From a virus (taxonomy: Duplodnaviria > Caudoviricetes): DNA of 56,348 bases. Location: positions 1 to 56,348 of the IMG/VR virus record IMGVR_UViG_3300032260_000005; one strand, 5' to 3'. Shown piece after piece: positions 54,937 through 56,348 of the stretch (within the stretch, counting starts at the first letter, position 1; every line of letters starts with the position of its first letter). The notes below the pieces were generated by a model, which was given only the letters and a program-made list of their open reading frames with translations, was not told the origin of the DNA and did not search any database. A program made the translations under genes and the position numbers.

Positions 54937-55482
54937 CTATTCAGCGCTAATGGTTACCGTTGCTTTCCCTGATTTAGTAACCCTGTTCTTCTCATAATCA
55001 ACCTTTACGCTGTACGGATACGTGGTCACTTTCGTTTCAACATACACAGGCTCAATCATTCCGGTCTTGCCCGCGCATAGAACCCATGTTGCTGCTGTGT
55101 TTTTACTGGCGAAAATACCGTTTGGCTCTGCCTGTTCAACAACATGCCTATCATAAGAACTTCGACCAAAATCTGTAGCTGTTAGCGGGTTAGTCAAGCT
55201 TGTGTCATAAGGGATGCCGAAGCCTATACTAGGGCAATCACCCTCAATCAAGCCTCTGTCGCTGCGCCATACTGAATGTGTCACAGCCTTTAGGTTGCGC
55301 AAATTATATAGCTCTATAATCAAATGCCTCTCTAGACTCCAGTCGTACATAGGAACGGGCTGCGAGGCTGCATACTGGCTTTGCTGTGCCTGAACTTGCT
55401 TCCTGTCTTTGGTCTCCTGGTTTTGCTCGTTACAGGCGGTCAACCCAAATGCCACTAAGACTACGAATATAACTTTTTTCAT
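54937..55482 (-). CDS. Lipoprotein
   Basis: Signal peptide with LTAC lipobox. Confidence 0.8.
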   Translation of the reverse strand: MKKVIFVVLVAFGLTACNEQNQETKDRKQVQAQQSQYAASQPVPMYDWSLERHLIIELYNLRNLKAVTHSVWRSDRGLIEGDCPSIGFGIPYDTSLTNPLTATDFGRSSYDRHVVEQAEPNGIFASKNTAATWVLCAGKTGMIEPVYVETKVTTYPYSVKVDYEKNRVTKSGKATVTISAE

Positions 55483-55492
55483 GCCATTCCCC

Positions 55493-55813
55493 TTATTTTG
55501 TAATTGCTAATAGTTGGGCTTTAAGTACCCGTTTCTGCCCAAGAAGCTCATCCCTATTGCCTTGCCCTGTTGAAATCATTGCGTCTATTTCGGCAATATT
55601 TGCTTTCAACACCCCGGCTCGCTGTTCCATTCCCTCAATGTATTGATGGCTATTTACTAGAACCTGGCGCTCAACCATCTTTCCGCCTATTAAGCCAAAG
55701 CTTTTAAGACCAAACCCAATAGCAACAATTAGCAGCAATATTGGAAGGAATTTCCATATTGTCCAGTGTGCTTCTTTTGCTACCTGCCGTGCGTCGTTTC
55801 TGTAGTCGTTCAC
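55493..55813 (-). CDS. Membrane-anchored coiled-coil protein
   Basis: One TM segment then helical region; GGGAG RBS, GTG start. Confidence 0.7.
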   Translation of the reverse strand: MNDYRNDARQVAKEAHWTIWKFLPILLLIVAIGFGLKSFGLIGGKMVERQVLVNSHQYIEGMEQRAGVLKANIAEIDAMISTGQGNRDELLGQKRVLKAQLLAITK

Positions 55814-55825
55814 TTTATTGCTCCC

Positions 55826-55962
55826 AATAAAAAACCTCCCTCCTCTCCTGGGTTAGACTGCCGGTAGTGGCACCAAGAGCGGAAGAAGGTTTTGTATTAA
55901 TCTACCGTATACGGGTCTAACACCGTGTTTCTTAATTTAGTCTGCTATCAGCGGTTAGTCAA
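55826..55962 (-). promoter_or_regulatory. Cassette-internal promoter and attenuator-like leader
   Basis: TTGACT-17-TAAATT (55962-55934); terminator stem 55893-55831 whose loop is complementary to upstream GTTAGAC..CGGTAG. Confidence 0.6.
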
Positions 55963-55979
55963 TACCTGCGTTGGTGCTG

Positions 55980-56049
55980 CCCTAACAAAGCGCTGCACCA
56001 GACATTCGCTGCGCTGCGCTTGCTCATGCATGTGAGCTAAGTGTTATAC
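55980..56049 (+). repeat. attC-like site (arms shared with 54516)
   Basis: CCCTAAC AAAGC GCTGCAC ... GTGAGC TAAGT GTTATAC. Confidence 0.9.
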
Positions 56050-56271
56050 GCTAGCCTCAATGGTTGCTTTAGTATCGCTCTCTTCCCAGCTAGCGTCTTC
56101 ATCCCCGCAGGCTCTGTTAATTGGGTGTCCGTCTGATAAACCAGCGCCGTATCCCATGTTCCATCCATCTCGAAAAGCCGCCTCCAGTGCTTTAGTTACA
56201 TCGTCCTGCAAGTTAGTCATTGCTTCTATTTGCTCTTTAGTAATATCCATTTTCAACCTCGCGTATAACAA
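56044..56271 (-). CDS. Cassette ORF, hypothetical protein (likely start MDITKE, 56250)
   Basis: GAGGT RBS; stop at crossover. Confidence 0.65.
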   Translation of the reverse strand: MLYARLKMDITKEQIEAMTNLQDDVTKALEAAFRDGWNMGYGAGLSDGHPINRACGDEDASWEESDTKATIEASV

Positions 56272-56348
56272 AGCAAATCAACTGGACGCTGAAAGCTCTG
56301 CGGGTTTTAAGTTAAGCGCCGTGGTGGCGCAAGTTATTTGCGATGTTA

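Larger units (their letters stand above)
54098..56348 (+). mobile_element. attC gene-cassette array B, proximal part
   Basis: attC sites at 54516, 55980 and 56263 (=21). Confidence 0.8.

Noticed and set aside
55852-55960. Additional attC or empty cassette (GTTAGAC ... GTCTAAC ... GTTAGTC)
   Set aside because: No L boxes at correct spacing; better explained as promoter plus attenuator pairing
56243-56348. Terminal repeat as a biological direct terminal repeat
   Set aside because: It cuts through an ORF start and an attC site; more consistent with assembler overlap on a circular or permuted genome, though a break at an attC could reflect cassette heterogeneity

Overview
Complete circular (106-bp terminal overlap; unit length about 56,242 bp) tailed-phage genome of podovirus type: small and large terminase, portal, scaffold, N4-gp56-like major capsid, two tail-tube-like proteins, ejection proteins, a 1895-aa polyvalent protein, beta-helix tailspike, SF2 helicase, Rad52/Sak-like recombinase, DnaQ-like exonuclease, RuvC-like resolvase, DNA methyltransferase and an unannotated CsrA with an ATT start. 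The main finding is that most of the accessory genome is built from integron-type gene cassettes. I count 27 attC-like sites (plus one degenerate site) in three arrays: 49.3-50.7 kb, 54.1 kb across the origin to about 5.4 kb, and 6.2-10.3 kb. Each array is headed by an attI-like site, two of which are a near-identical 97-bp inverted repeat 39 kb apart. No integrase is recognisable. The cassette ORFs run opposite to canonical attC polarity, usually end with TAA exactly at the G|TT crossover, and often start (RBS plus start codon) inside their own attC. All calls are by eye; no database searches or folding programs were run.
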